Positions 1-10,359 of a stretch of 64,000 nucleotides of DNA are shown one piece after another. The translations under genes were made by a program, and so were the position numbers. The stretch comes from Eutreptiella sp. 'Long Island Sound 2002' (lineage: Eukaryota > Protista > Euglenida): NCBI GenBank assembly GCA_964036045.1, contig OZ038378.1, positions 137,826,001 through 137,890,000 on the forward strand, given 5' to 3'. The notes under the pieces are model-generated. The model saw only the letters and a program-made list of their open reading frames with translations. It was not told the origin of the DNA and made no database searches. Within the stretch, counting starts at the first letter, position 1, and each line of letters starts with the position of its first letter.

Positions 1-132
1 CGGACCATTTTGCTTATTGCACTTTGAACTTTGTGTCAATGGTCTTGTGGAGTTGTGGATCATTTTTTGCAAGTTAAATTGATGGAACAAGTGAATTTCC
101 ATTTTTGGTTCTTTTTTTTTTATGTTGCTGTG

Positions 133-395
133 TGATACTTACATTTGGAAGATACATTTTTGGATCATTTTTTGCAACACAAATTGGTCGATCAATATGT
201 TGTTTTGTGCGTGCTCTACATGATGCTTACATTTGGGAGTTGCATTTTCGGATCATTTTTTGCAACACAAATTGGTCAATCACTACCTTGTTTTGTGCGT
301 GCTCTACGTGATGCTTACATTTGGGAGTTGCATTTTCGGATCATTTTTTGCAACACAAATTGGTCAATCACTATCTTGTTTTGTGCGTGCTCCGT
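133..395. repeat. 88-bp tandem repeat, about 3 copies
   Basis: Unit TGAT(G/A)CTTACATTTGG...GTGCTC starts at 133, 221 and 309. Confidence 0.9.
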
Positions 396-690
396 CTTTG
401 GATCATTTTTGTTGCTTATGATTTGGTGGATCATTTGCCCTTGTGTTCTCTACTTTTTCTACGAGTGGCCTAGTTTGTGTAATGTCCGAGCCTTCCCATT
501 TGCAATTGCGTTGGCAATGGTTGCTCGTTGCCGATGAGGCTTGGTGGGTTCAAGCCGCCGGCGGGAAGCTATCAGTAATCCCCAAGGTTGGTTTCAACCC
601 AACGGTGTGCAAGGCCGTGTACTTGAAGTACATGGACAATGTGCCTGGTCTCAGCCGTGAAGTGCTTTAGTTGGTGTTGTCCTACTTTAA

Positions 691-1272
691 GAAAGACTGA
701 AGGAACATTTGTCGCTCGGGAGGGATTGGATGCTGGTGAATGTGGGAAACCACAGGAAGGCACATAACCCACTGTATGAATGGATTGCGCGACAGGGGCT
801 GGACAATGTCCAAATTTCTGTAGTTGAACGTACGAGTCCCTGGCGTGCGGATGTGCGTGAGTGTGCGTGGATGCGTAAGTTTCCGCGATCGTGCCTGCTC
901 AACACATTCATACCTGACCTCAGAGAGGATAAATGGGCGTGTTTGGTACGCTTGAAGAGGTGGAGAACTGAAGCCACAGGGCCCCAGGAAACACTGCAAC
1001 AGAGGGCCAGAAAGTTTGTACAGAGCCTACGATCAGACCTCACAGTGGAGGATAAATTTCGACTGGTCTGTGATTCCAAAAAATTTCTGGAGCCAGAGCT
1101 GGCCAGGCAGGTATTTGCGAAGGCCAGCGAACACATCCAGCGAGACACAGGGGTGAAAACATTGTCCTCACTGGTCTTCAAAATACCATGCCTTACGCCG
1201 CCCTTGAAGACGTCCCTCTCACGCACACTCAAAGACACACTGCTCACCACACCCCAGGTACCCCCAGCATAT
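691..1272 (+). pseudogene. PLE-B ORF fragment: C-terminal half of the GIY-YIG endonuclease and following linker
   Basis: RLKEH...NPLYEWIARQG...RECAWMRKF...LLNTFIP aligns with PLE-C RMVEH...NPFFEWVLKHG...REVWWMHRF...LLNKYIP; the GIY and YIG motifs themselves are missing. Confidence 0.75.
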
Positions 1273-1796
1273 TCCTTTGGCTACCAGACCGGACGGAGGA
1301 CCGGTCTGGTCTTGTGGGGAAAATTATCACTTTCTGGCAAAGGATTGGGTCAAGGGTTTTTGAACGTGGCGGAAATGATGGTTTTGGTGGTTTTCTTAGA
1401 CTCAATAGTATTTTAGAGAAAAACAGTAAGACCAGTTTCAGAGACCGGTGGGACCGGTCTTTGCAGACCGGACCACTTCGGTACACTTTGGAGCACTTTG
1501 TTACACTTGCCTCCCAAACCTACCTTTGCGCGCTCGTTGCAGCATGCACGCCACCACACACCATGCACAAACCACACACACATACACAGACTTTGCTTCC
1601 CATGTCCTCTTGGGTGTTTCAACGATGCATGATGGGTGGGATGCACCATTAGCATGAAAATAGATCGGTTCAAACAGTTTCATGCAGACCGGTCAGACCG
1701 GTCTTCCGAACCTCGCTCCTGGTCCCCTACTTCCTGCTGCCTTTTCACAGGACCGGTCAGACCGCTCTTTCCTGCTTTGTTGCTTAGTGTTCTTTA

Positions 1797-2680
1797 ATGC
1801 CTATTTCAGGCCCCGGCACCAAGATGCCTGGCGTGAAGGATGCTGAGACGCCCGTGCCCACGGCCTTCAAGAAGGTACGGGCCGGAGACCGGGTGGTGCT
1901 GCTGCTGAAGGGCTCGCACGGCGGCCGCTACACCGGCACGTGCGAGTCGCAGGCGTCCGGCAAAATGTCCCTATCCGGGACAATCTACTTCACGGAGGAC
2001 CAGAAGACCGGGGGCTTGAAGCGCAGCATCAGCAAGGGCGAGCTTGACTTCGTCACCGAGGACGTGCTCGGATGTTGGGTGATCGCGGAGGCGAAGACAT
2101 CTACTCCGGGCCAGAGGATTGCGGCCCGAGCAGCGCAGTCCCGCAAAAGGAAAGTGGACGAGGAGTCCGAAGACGAAGACGAGGACGAGGAAGAAGAGGA
2201 CGAGAAAGACGAGGAGGAGGAGGAGCGAGAAAGCGTGATGGAGATCCCGGAAGAAGAGGCAAAGGAGGAAGAGAAAGAGAGGAAGAAGAAGAAGCCGGCG
2301 AAGGGCGCAGCCTCCTGGAGGGCACCGAGGATGGCAAGACCCCCGTTGCCGTCTGGAACTTCATGTTCCGGCCAATTTTGGAGGCCATGACGCTGTGTTT
2401 GGAAGAGGCCAACCGGGTAGACCTAGTGGACTTTCTTCCGCGGTACGTGCTGTTTCGAGTTGGCTTGGGCATGCTGCAGCCGCGCAGAATAGATGATGTG
2501 TGGGACAAATTAAGAGAGTATGCACTACAATGCATACATGGCGGAACTGTTTCCTAGGAGGCGACAGTTTTATGTGCTGCAGCGACTTGCGGACCCGGAT
2601 GCGGATGCGTTGATTGAGATGTGCACGATGCACTGGCAAGGCGGATGGGAACTAGGTGACGTGGTGTGCGGGGATGAGAC
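1797..2680 (+). pseudogene. piggyBac-1 transposase, N-terminal part (internal deletion and frameshifts), ending at the first catalytic D (CGDET)
   Basis: ORFs 1797, 2072 and 2520 match copy 2; interrupted at GATGAGAC by PLE-A. Confidence 0.85.
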
Positions 2681-2933
2681 TTCGCACCGGCCCTCCTGCC
2701 ATCCTGATGACATGTCTGTACTTTGATAGGGGGTGACAGCGGCATGTGCCCCCACCAGTCTGGCACGCTGTGCACAAGTAGCATGAGGGTGCTGTGTGAA
2801 AGCCAAAAAACTGTCCCTTCTCTTGCACACTGCATTGGACAGGTTTTGTGTTGTGGCATCCCCTGTGTGCGGGCTCTGCCATTTTTGTGTCCACTGACGA
2901 TCCAGTGCCTGCTGCCTGTGTGATTTGATAGAC
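2681..2933 (+). repeat. PLE-A 5' pseudo-LTR (253 bp)
   Basis: Matches 11943-12194 with about 4 differences. Confidence 0.95.
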
Positions 2934-2978
2934 GTATCCATCGCGACGAACGCAGTCGCACAAGCGTACGTCTAAATT

Positions 2979-4388
2979 GTGAAAAAAGCCGCGGAACGTT
3001 TGTTAGAGCAAGGTACCATCATGTCCGATCAATCTATGAAAATGTCGAATGATCAAGTTGACCGCTTGGGTGACAGAATTGCAGACAAGCTGTCGGAATG
3101 CTTCAATCGACGGGAAAGGAGGCAGCCCGACAAAATTTCTGGGGGACGCCAGTGGCAACGAGGCAAAGGACGAGGTTACGGAGGAAAGGGGGCTTCCCCT
3201 GCGAAGCAACAGTGGGCGCGGATCGCCACCTGTTACTTATGCTACGCGTATGGACACACTGCGAGCGACCACGACATTCACTGGCCACTTTCTGCAGACA
3301 TGGACAAGCGCTATAATTTGGGAAAGAAGTGGCATGGCGTCTGCAGTAGACTCGCTGAGGACGAGGTCGGAGAGATGAGGAGCTTTCAGGACGTGGCCAA
3401 AGATGTGGGGGTTGACCTCAGCGATCTCGATCTCCGTGATGTAGGGCAGAAGCGAGGCCTGGCGCTGGTAATATGGAAGAAAACAGGCATGGAGTCCTGG
3501 CTACCAATTGAGAAGATAGGCACATATATGGCGGGGCACGACATCACTACGCCTGACGCAATAAAAATGACCCAGATACATGAAGTGTCCGACGATGACC
3601 TGAGCCAACCGGACCGAGCCAGCAGCAGCACGAGTCGGAAGAAGAGCAGCAAATCACTGTCGCGAGATTTGAACCACGAGTTTACGAGTGCATGGAAACA
3701 ACAGGTCGATGGAAAACTGGAGACCCTCGAAAAATCCGTGGAAACTCTTGGGGAGAAGCATTCACGGTCACATCGGATGATGAAGCTGATGCTGCAGCTC
3801 CAAGGTGTGGCTCCTGATCAACTGCAGGCAGCGCTGGACGGCTCCGATGAAGATATGGATCGTGATCTGTTTGATGCAGGACCGTCACCGCCAGCAATGG
3901 CCGCACCAAAACGAAAATGGAATGACGCAGCGGCGGACCCAGTCAGTGCCGCTGAAATGCCACTGGATGTCCTAAAGGCCGAGGTCTGTGCGATACACCC
4001 AGAAGGTGCAGCACAGGCCCTGAAGCTGCGCACCAGGTGCGAGATTGTCTGGGTGCTGGCACAACTGTTTCCTAAGGGAGTTTTCGTCAGCGTATCACAC
4101 AGCAAGGCAAAGAGAGAGAAGTGGGAGCCCTGCTTGTTTGATGAAGACATGGTGGTGGTAGCTGTCCGAGTCGTGTGCAAAGCTACTACCGAAGGATGCG
4201 TCATTGTTGCTCCAGGAGAACGGCCGTCAGCAGTCGTGTGGAACATTCCCCCATGGCGCGAAAATGCTGGTACAGAGATGAGTTTGCAGAAAATATGGGG
4301 CACTGAACAAGCAGCCCCGAGGTCGTCCAAGGGGCTGACGTCGCCGGCCAAACGTCGGAGAGGAGCTGACGGGAACGACGATGCTTAA
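2979..4388 (+). CDS. PLE-A ORF1: Zn-knuckle-like and probable coiled-coil nucleic-acid-binding protein (first ATG at 3021)
   Basis: Uninterrupted 469-codon frame inside the element; CYLCYAYGHTASDH (C-X2-C-X4-H-X4-H) after an RG-rich stretch; heptad-like VDGKLETLEKSVETLGEK. Confidence 0.75.
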   Translation: MKKAAERLLEQGTIMSDQSMKMSNDQVDRLGDRIADKLSECFNRRERRQPDKISGGRQWQRGKGRGYGGKGASPAKQQWARIATCYLCYAYGHTASDHDIHWPLSADMDKRYNLGKKWHGVCSRLAEDEVGEMRSFQDVAKDVGVDLSDLDLRDVGQKRGLALVIWKKTGMESWLPIEKIGTYMAGHDITTPDAIKMTQIHEVSDDDLSQPDRASSSTSRKKSSKSLSRDLNHEFTSAWKQQVDGKLETLEKSVETLGEKHSRSHRMMKLMLQLQGVAPDQLQAALDGSDEDMDRDLFDAGPSPPAMAAPKRKWNDAAADPVSAAEMPLDVLKAEVCAIHPEGAAQALKLRTRCEIVWVLAQLFPKGVFVSVSHSKAKREKWEPCLFDEDMVVVAVRVVCKATTEGCVIVAPGERPSAVVWNIPPWRENAGTEMSLQKIWGTEQAAPRSSKGLTSPAKRRRGADGNDDA

Positions 4389-4390
4389 CA

Positions 4391-7300
4391 ATGCCACTGC
4401 CACAGCATATAGCGGATCAGGTGGACCCACAGATGAGAGCGATTTTGGACATACAGTGGGACACCATGCAACAACACAAGCAAATGCTCCGAGACATGAA
4501 GTCGCATATGCAGGAATTACGACAGCAGCTGGCTGAAGCCGACCACGGGAAAAAGTTCTGCGATATAGCCTCTTCTCCATTGTCAAAAGCTTCCACATGC
4601 ACACAGGGTTACTCTGAATCACCGTCACCACGTTCTGAGCGATCCAACACTGACACGTCCAGCGATGTTGCAAGGGAGCTTTTCCCTGATACCCCTGAGC
4701 TCCCGTACCTATGCAGGTTACCGTCCAGGACTTTCCTCGAACAGAATACCGCTTTCTCGTGGGTAAAGCCTCCTGGGTGCTGGCCTGCCCGAGAACAGTT
4801 CCTTTTTAGAAAGATAAGACATTCCTCTACATGCCGTCGGTTATGGCTTGCATCTTCAATGGTCAACAATGTGTACACGTGGTCTGCGGTAAGACCAACT
4901 GATTTTCAAAAGTTTTACGATGAAGCACGTGCGCTCCTCACTTTTCTACCACAGAGTGTACCTCTGAGATGCAAACTCACAGGGGGTTTCGAGGATTTTT
5001 TCACTGACGTTTTGCACGCTGATCTGGCAATAGGTACTTCTGCCCTGACAACACCGCCGGAAATGACATATGTCGGCATGTCACCACATTGCATCCCCTT
5101 TGGTGCCTCCCCAGTGCCCTTAGACGACCTCATTGCCCCAAACACATGCTCCTACAATGTACTCTTACGCCCAGATGGAGTCCCCAAATCAAAACTAATC
5201 CATGTGCTAGATGTGTTGGACAGAAAACTCCGGTTTCCACTGTCCAGAAACTCAGCACCGTTCATGGTCTTTGTATTGTATTGCCGTTCACACTGCAGGG
5301 TGTTTAACCAGTGGGTCAGCGGGTACGAAACAGCAAACCGCGTACACGTGTGCGCACAGTGGCAGTCGCTGCAAATGAAATCCATGGAGCATACCATGCG
5401 CCCCAAGTGGCTCACATTGCATGGTCCGTGGGAACTCATACTCATCCAGCAAGGCACAGGCCCCCTTGGGGAGTCAATCGACATCCCCAAATATAGAGCG
5501 GCGTTACAGCGCTTGTGCAAAACGCATCGTTCCATGCACGCCAGTGAGAGGTCCACCTCCTGCAGGGCATCCTCTTGGTCCCCTCTTCCGCACGACCAGG
5601 GAGAAACCCAGACCCAGGCATCAAGACTCAAGAAATTCTGGTCCGAGTGGGACGAAATGGCAGAGAAGAGGAGACAGTTGCTGAGTAAAAAACGGTTAGC
5701 AAGGGCAGACTGGTTGTCGCTGGATGCCAATTACGTCTCCACCAATGCTATGTTAATTAACTGTCCTGTCCCCAGACTGTCCAGAGCAGCCAGATTAGCA
5801 AAAATAGACGTTACCCGCAGCTTACTGACCCCAAGCTGCTCGGCCTATGCCATCCTGGGGAAGTTTCCCACTTACGTGGGACAGGTGGGTGCACGAGCAA
5901 AACGGCGCCGCCGTCCTTTTATGGACAGGCTGAAGGGCCATTTTGCCAGAGCAAAAACATTAAAGACGATGTACATGGGCCGCATGCCCAGACGGCGCAA
6001 GCGTACACAGTTTCTGGGGAGTACCCCCTCACTGCCCAAGCTCCTTGCTTTGCACGGCACGCATCAGGTAACCATGCGCCCCATGGAGGACGCCGCCCCA
6101 AACAAACTGGACGCTGTAGAGTATAAATTGGAGCGCATCCTCTCCCCGTGCTGCAATGCAGTTGAACCGTATGCTGGTCCTCAGAGAGTTGACTGGCTTC
6201 TTGCCGGTTCCTTCAATTTAGAAACAGTAGGAAACCTGAAGCAGCTGGCTGCAGAAATCTGTACGTGCAACAGGTTGCAGGATAAGTACACAGTACCCCA
6301 ACTGCTTACTGTGCTGTTGGAGTGCAAAAGACCGCTGCACCCAAATGCGTTTCGCACACTGTTTGCAAAAGTCCAGGGACACTTGTGTCACAGGTATAAC
6401 ATATTCATCCCTGAACGAATTCCTGTACGTGTCCCCATCCCTGATAAGATGTTGTTATTGGCGCTGCGGTCTGAGTTCAGCAGGATGCTCAATCTGTGCC
6501 GCTTGCCCAGTCCATTGACGGCATGGCTTGTGTCCTGCCTATCCATCCTCCCACAAAAAACACCAAAAGTGCATCAACTGCTAAGGGGGTCACAACCGGG
6601 CCTGGCGGCCAAACGAATGGCAGACCTCTTGAGGGAAAAACCTGGGACACAGGTCTACTTGTGTGGCCTGCACGTAGGGCAGCTAATGAAATCTTCCCCT
6701 GAAGAATTGAGAAAGATGGGCCAGATGACGGATATGTCGCGGCACGTGCTGAAGAACTGTCACTGCGACTGGCTGAAAAATGAATTCCACATACAGTGCG
6801 CAGCACAGCAGCAACACATTGTATTCAGGCACCCAGAGCAGTGGAAGAAGCTTCTCCCTGAGGCTACTGCATGCACGCAAAATGCACGTAACGCGACCCT
6901 CCCCAGTGCTGAGGACTTACACAGCAGCTTGCAGACATTTGATAAATCTGTGGAACCCATAGCAAAAACAGTGTGCCCTGACTTGCCTGACGAGGTCACC
7001 ACCCTGCCTCAAGCATTCAGTGAACTCTCCTCATTTACTGCATCTCAGTCCAACAGATTCATACAGGAACATGCAGCGCGCGCACCACACACGAACAAGC
7101 AAGTGCTAACCACGGTGAATGAAACCGTGAAAGCATGGTCTTTGGTCGTTTCGCAGTGGGACAAAAAACTGCATAGGCTGGGAGGTTTCTGTATTTCTCT
7201 CCTCGAAAGTCACACAGTGCAGGGTATCCTGCTTGCGCCTGAGTTTGACATCGTGGGTGTAGCACCGTCCAGATGGCAGTGCAATGCCATGGGACTCACT

Positions 7301-7505
7301 ATGCTCTTGAGATCAGCGCACCGCCACACAATTCTGGAGCTCGGTAACCACTTGGGCCTGCTCTCAGAAAAATTACAGCACCCTTTGTACAGACAGCAAT
7401 TTATTGCACGTCACTGTGTGCCGGTTGATCTGTGGGACATCATGCCTTTCAAAATGCACGATATCAGCACAGCACCGCACAAAAGGTATGCTGTACCGTC
7501 TATAT
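4391..7505 (+). CDS. PLE-A ORF2, 5' part: long N-terminus, GIY-YIG endonuclease, CxC linker
   Basis: YAILGKFPTYVGQ...RLKGH...E...N at about 5846-6160; NCHCD...HIVFR at about 6757; joins 10360 in frame (YAVPS-I-F-ALPKW). Confidence 0.88.
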
Positions 7506-8038
7506 TCCTTTGGCTACCAGACCGGACGGAGGACCGGTCTGGTCTTGTGGGGAAAATTATCACTTTCTGGCAAAGGATTGGGTCAAGGGTTTTTGAACGT
7601 GGCGGAAATGATGGTTTTGGTGGTTTTCTTAGACTCAATAGTATTTTAGAGAAAAACAGTAAGACCAGTTTCAGAGACCGGTGGGACCGGTCTTTGCAAA
7701 CCGAACGGACCGGACCACTTCGGTACACTTTGGAGCACTTTGTTACACTTGCCTCCCAAACCTACCTTTGCGCGCTCGTTGCAGCATGCACGCCACCACA
7801 CACCATGCACAAACCACACACACACATACAGACTTTGCTTCCCATGTCCTCTTGGGTGTTTCAACGATGCATGATGGGTGGGATGCACCATTAGCATGAA
7901 AATAGATCGGTTCAAACAGTTTCATGCAGACCGGTCAAACCGGTCTTCCGAACCTCGCTCCTGGTCCCCTACTTCCTGCTGCCTTTTGACAGGACCGGTC
8001 AGACCGCTCTTCCCCGCTTTGTTGCTTAGCCTTTTTCA

Positions 8039-9989
8039 ATGCCGATTTCAGGGCCCGGGACGAAGATCCCCGGCGTGAAGGACGCCGAGACCCCCGTGCC
8101 CACGGCCTTCAAGAAGGTCCGGGCCGGGGACCGGGTGGTGCTGCTGCTCAAGGGCTCGCACGGGGGCCGCTACTCCGGCACGTGCGAGTCGCAGGCGACC
8201 GGTAAAATGTCCCTATCCGGGACAATCTACTTCACGGAGGACCAGAAGACCGGGGGCTTGAAGCGCAGCATCAGCAAGGGCGAGCTTGACTTCGTCACCG
8301 AGGACGTGCTCGGATGTTGGGTGATCGCGGAGGCGAAGACATCTACTCCGGGCCAGAGGATTGCGGCCCGAGCAGCGCAGTCCCGCAAAAGGAAAGTGAA
8401 CGAGGAGTCCGAAGACGAAGACGAGGACGAGGAAGAAGAGGACGAAGAAGACGAGGAGGAGGAGGAGCGAGAAAGCGTGATGGAGATCCCGGAAGAAGAG
8501 GCAAAGGAGGAAGAGCAAGAGAGGAAGAAGAAGAAGCCGGCGAAGGAGAAGCACACCACCAAAAGACGGTTGCCGGTCCCATTTTTCAAGGAAATCAAAG
8601 CCGAGGGCAGTGAGTCCGCCTCGGCGCCCCGCACAAGCAAGAAAGGCAGGAAGGCCTCCACCGAGGACGAAGAGAGGTCGGCGGAAGAGGTGCGCATGGG
8701 CAACGCGTTGGAGATGTATGGCACCACCTTGCCAAGGCTTGGGCAACACGTCCGGCAATGTCTCCGTAGCCAACCCGGCAATTTTGGAGGCCATGACGCT
8801 GTGTTTGGAAGAGGCCAACCGGTTAGACCTTGTGGACCTTCTTCCGCGGTACGTGCTCTTTCGCGTTGGCTTGGGCATGCTGCAGCCGCGCAGAATAGAT
8901 GATGTGTGGGACAAAGAGAGTATGCACTACAATGCATACATGGCGGAACTGTTTCCTAGCAGGCGACAGTTTTATGTGCTGCAGCGACTTGCGGATCCGG
9001 ATGCGGATGCGTTGATTGAGTTGTGCACGATGCACTGGCAAGGCGGATGGGAACTAGGTGGTGTGGTGTGCGGGGATGAGACCGTGGTCCCCCACAAGGG
9101 GTTGTTTGTCATCCGGCAGTTCATACCGCGCAAGCCTCACCCCACCGGTGTGAAACTGTACGCGTTGTGCGACGCACAAAGCCATTACATTTGGCATGTG
9201 TATTTGTACCGTGGTGCAGCCCCTCGTGTGGGTCCGGAGTCCCGGAGCCGGTTTGCAGGCCACTACAATGCGTTTGAGATTGTGCAACTTTGGAATGATG
9301 TGACTCCACCCGGAAAGGTGCTTGTGGCGGATTCATTCTTTGGGTCTCATGATGCTGCGGCGATGCTAAGTGCACAAGAGCGGCCGTTCTTGATGCTCAC
9401 TTCCACAAGTGCTTTGGTGCAAGATGGGAACGTTGGATTAGACCCGGGGGATGTGAACACGGTGGTGCACAAGGAACATCGGTATGCACTCTCGGTATAC
9501 AAAAACCCCAAAGTGGGGCGCAAGCCGGCAAAGGTGGTACCACTACTAACCAATTGCTTAACCGGAGGTTCGCTCCCACACCGAAGTGGACGATACCACC
9601 TACCGGGGATAATTGCCAACTACCGTAGGTTTGCCCCGGGGGTGGATACGTTTAACCAATAGTGCTTACAACACCGGGAAGAGCACCGGTTTCAATCATG
9701 GTGGAAGGCACTTGGGGGGATGGTGTTAAGGATAGCGGCAACAAATGCATTTACGTCATGCCAAGCGTTGCGCCTTAGTCCGGGGGGTGAAACAATGTTT
9801 GACTGGCAATGGAGGTTGATGAGATACATGTTTCCGGCAAGGCAAATTCAGGTGGTGGACAAGCATGTACCAATAGTGGTTGGGAAGCGGGGCTTTTGTG
9901 TACATTGTGGGATGGGCACCACCCGATACAAGTGCAAAGCATGTGGGTGCTATCTACACGTTGAATGCTTTGCGGACCATCACGAATGA
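8039..9989 (+). pseudogene. piggyBac-family DDD transposase with C-terminal Cys-rich domain (frameshifts, TAG at 9660)
   Basis: GDETVVPHKG...RQFIPRKPHPTGVKLYALCD; VADSFFGS; GVDTFNQ; C-terminal CVHC...YKCKACGCYLHVECFADHH. Confidence 0.92.
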
Positions 9990-10154
9990 ACCATGAATAC
10001 ATGTCTTGTGAGGATTGACTCCCATGCATTGCAATGCCTGTGCAAAGGTGTGAACACGCACAACACAGCACACGCACACACACAACACACACATGCGGAC
10101 ACACACACTACACACGCATCACCAAGTGCTCCAAAGTGTGCTAAAGTGTGCTAA

Positions 10155-10330
10155 AATGGTCCGGTCCGTTCAGTTTGCAAAGACCGGTCGGACCGGTCCG
10201 ACCGGTCTCCCCGAACTAACCGGTTCGCTACAGAAAGCTAAAGTGGCGCGAAACGGTCTCAACTGAACAGTTGGTGATTTTGCCTAGTCGAAACGGTGAG
10301 TTAACGAAGACCGGTGGACCGGTTGTGAAA
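10155..10330. repeat. piggyBac subterminal GACCGGTC/ACCGGT palindrome array (also about 1283-1770, 7516-8010 and 13275-13440)
   Basis: Many ACCGGT-core palindromes clustered inside both ends of both copies. Confidence 0.8.
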
Positions 10331-10359
10331 ATATTCGCGTATGGTAGCCAAAGGAATAT

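Larger units (their letters stand above)
7506..10355 (+). mobile_element. piggyBac-like DNA transposon copy 2 (2850 bp)
   Basis: Same TIRs as copy 1; ATAT TSD at 7502-7505 and 10356-10359. Confidence 0.95.

Noticed and set aside
443-690. ORF 443-670 as the missing GIY-YIG start of PLE-B
   Set aside because: No GIY/YIG motif and no similarity to families A or C; separated by stops
2696-2815. Canonical hammerhead from CTGATGA...GAAA in the PLE-A pseudo-LTR
   Set aside because: I could not form stems I-III with a valid NUH site; the TGA is simply the ORF2 stop in the 3' copy
7506-7894. C-terminus of the 1167-aa ORF 4391-7894 (and of ORFs 709-1416 and 1188-1652)
   Set aside because: Read-through into the piggyBac left end; the true continuations are at 10360 and 13476
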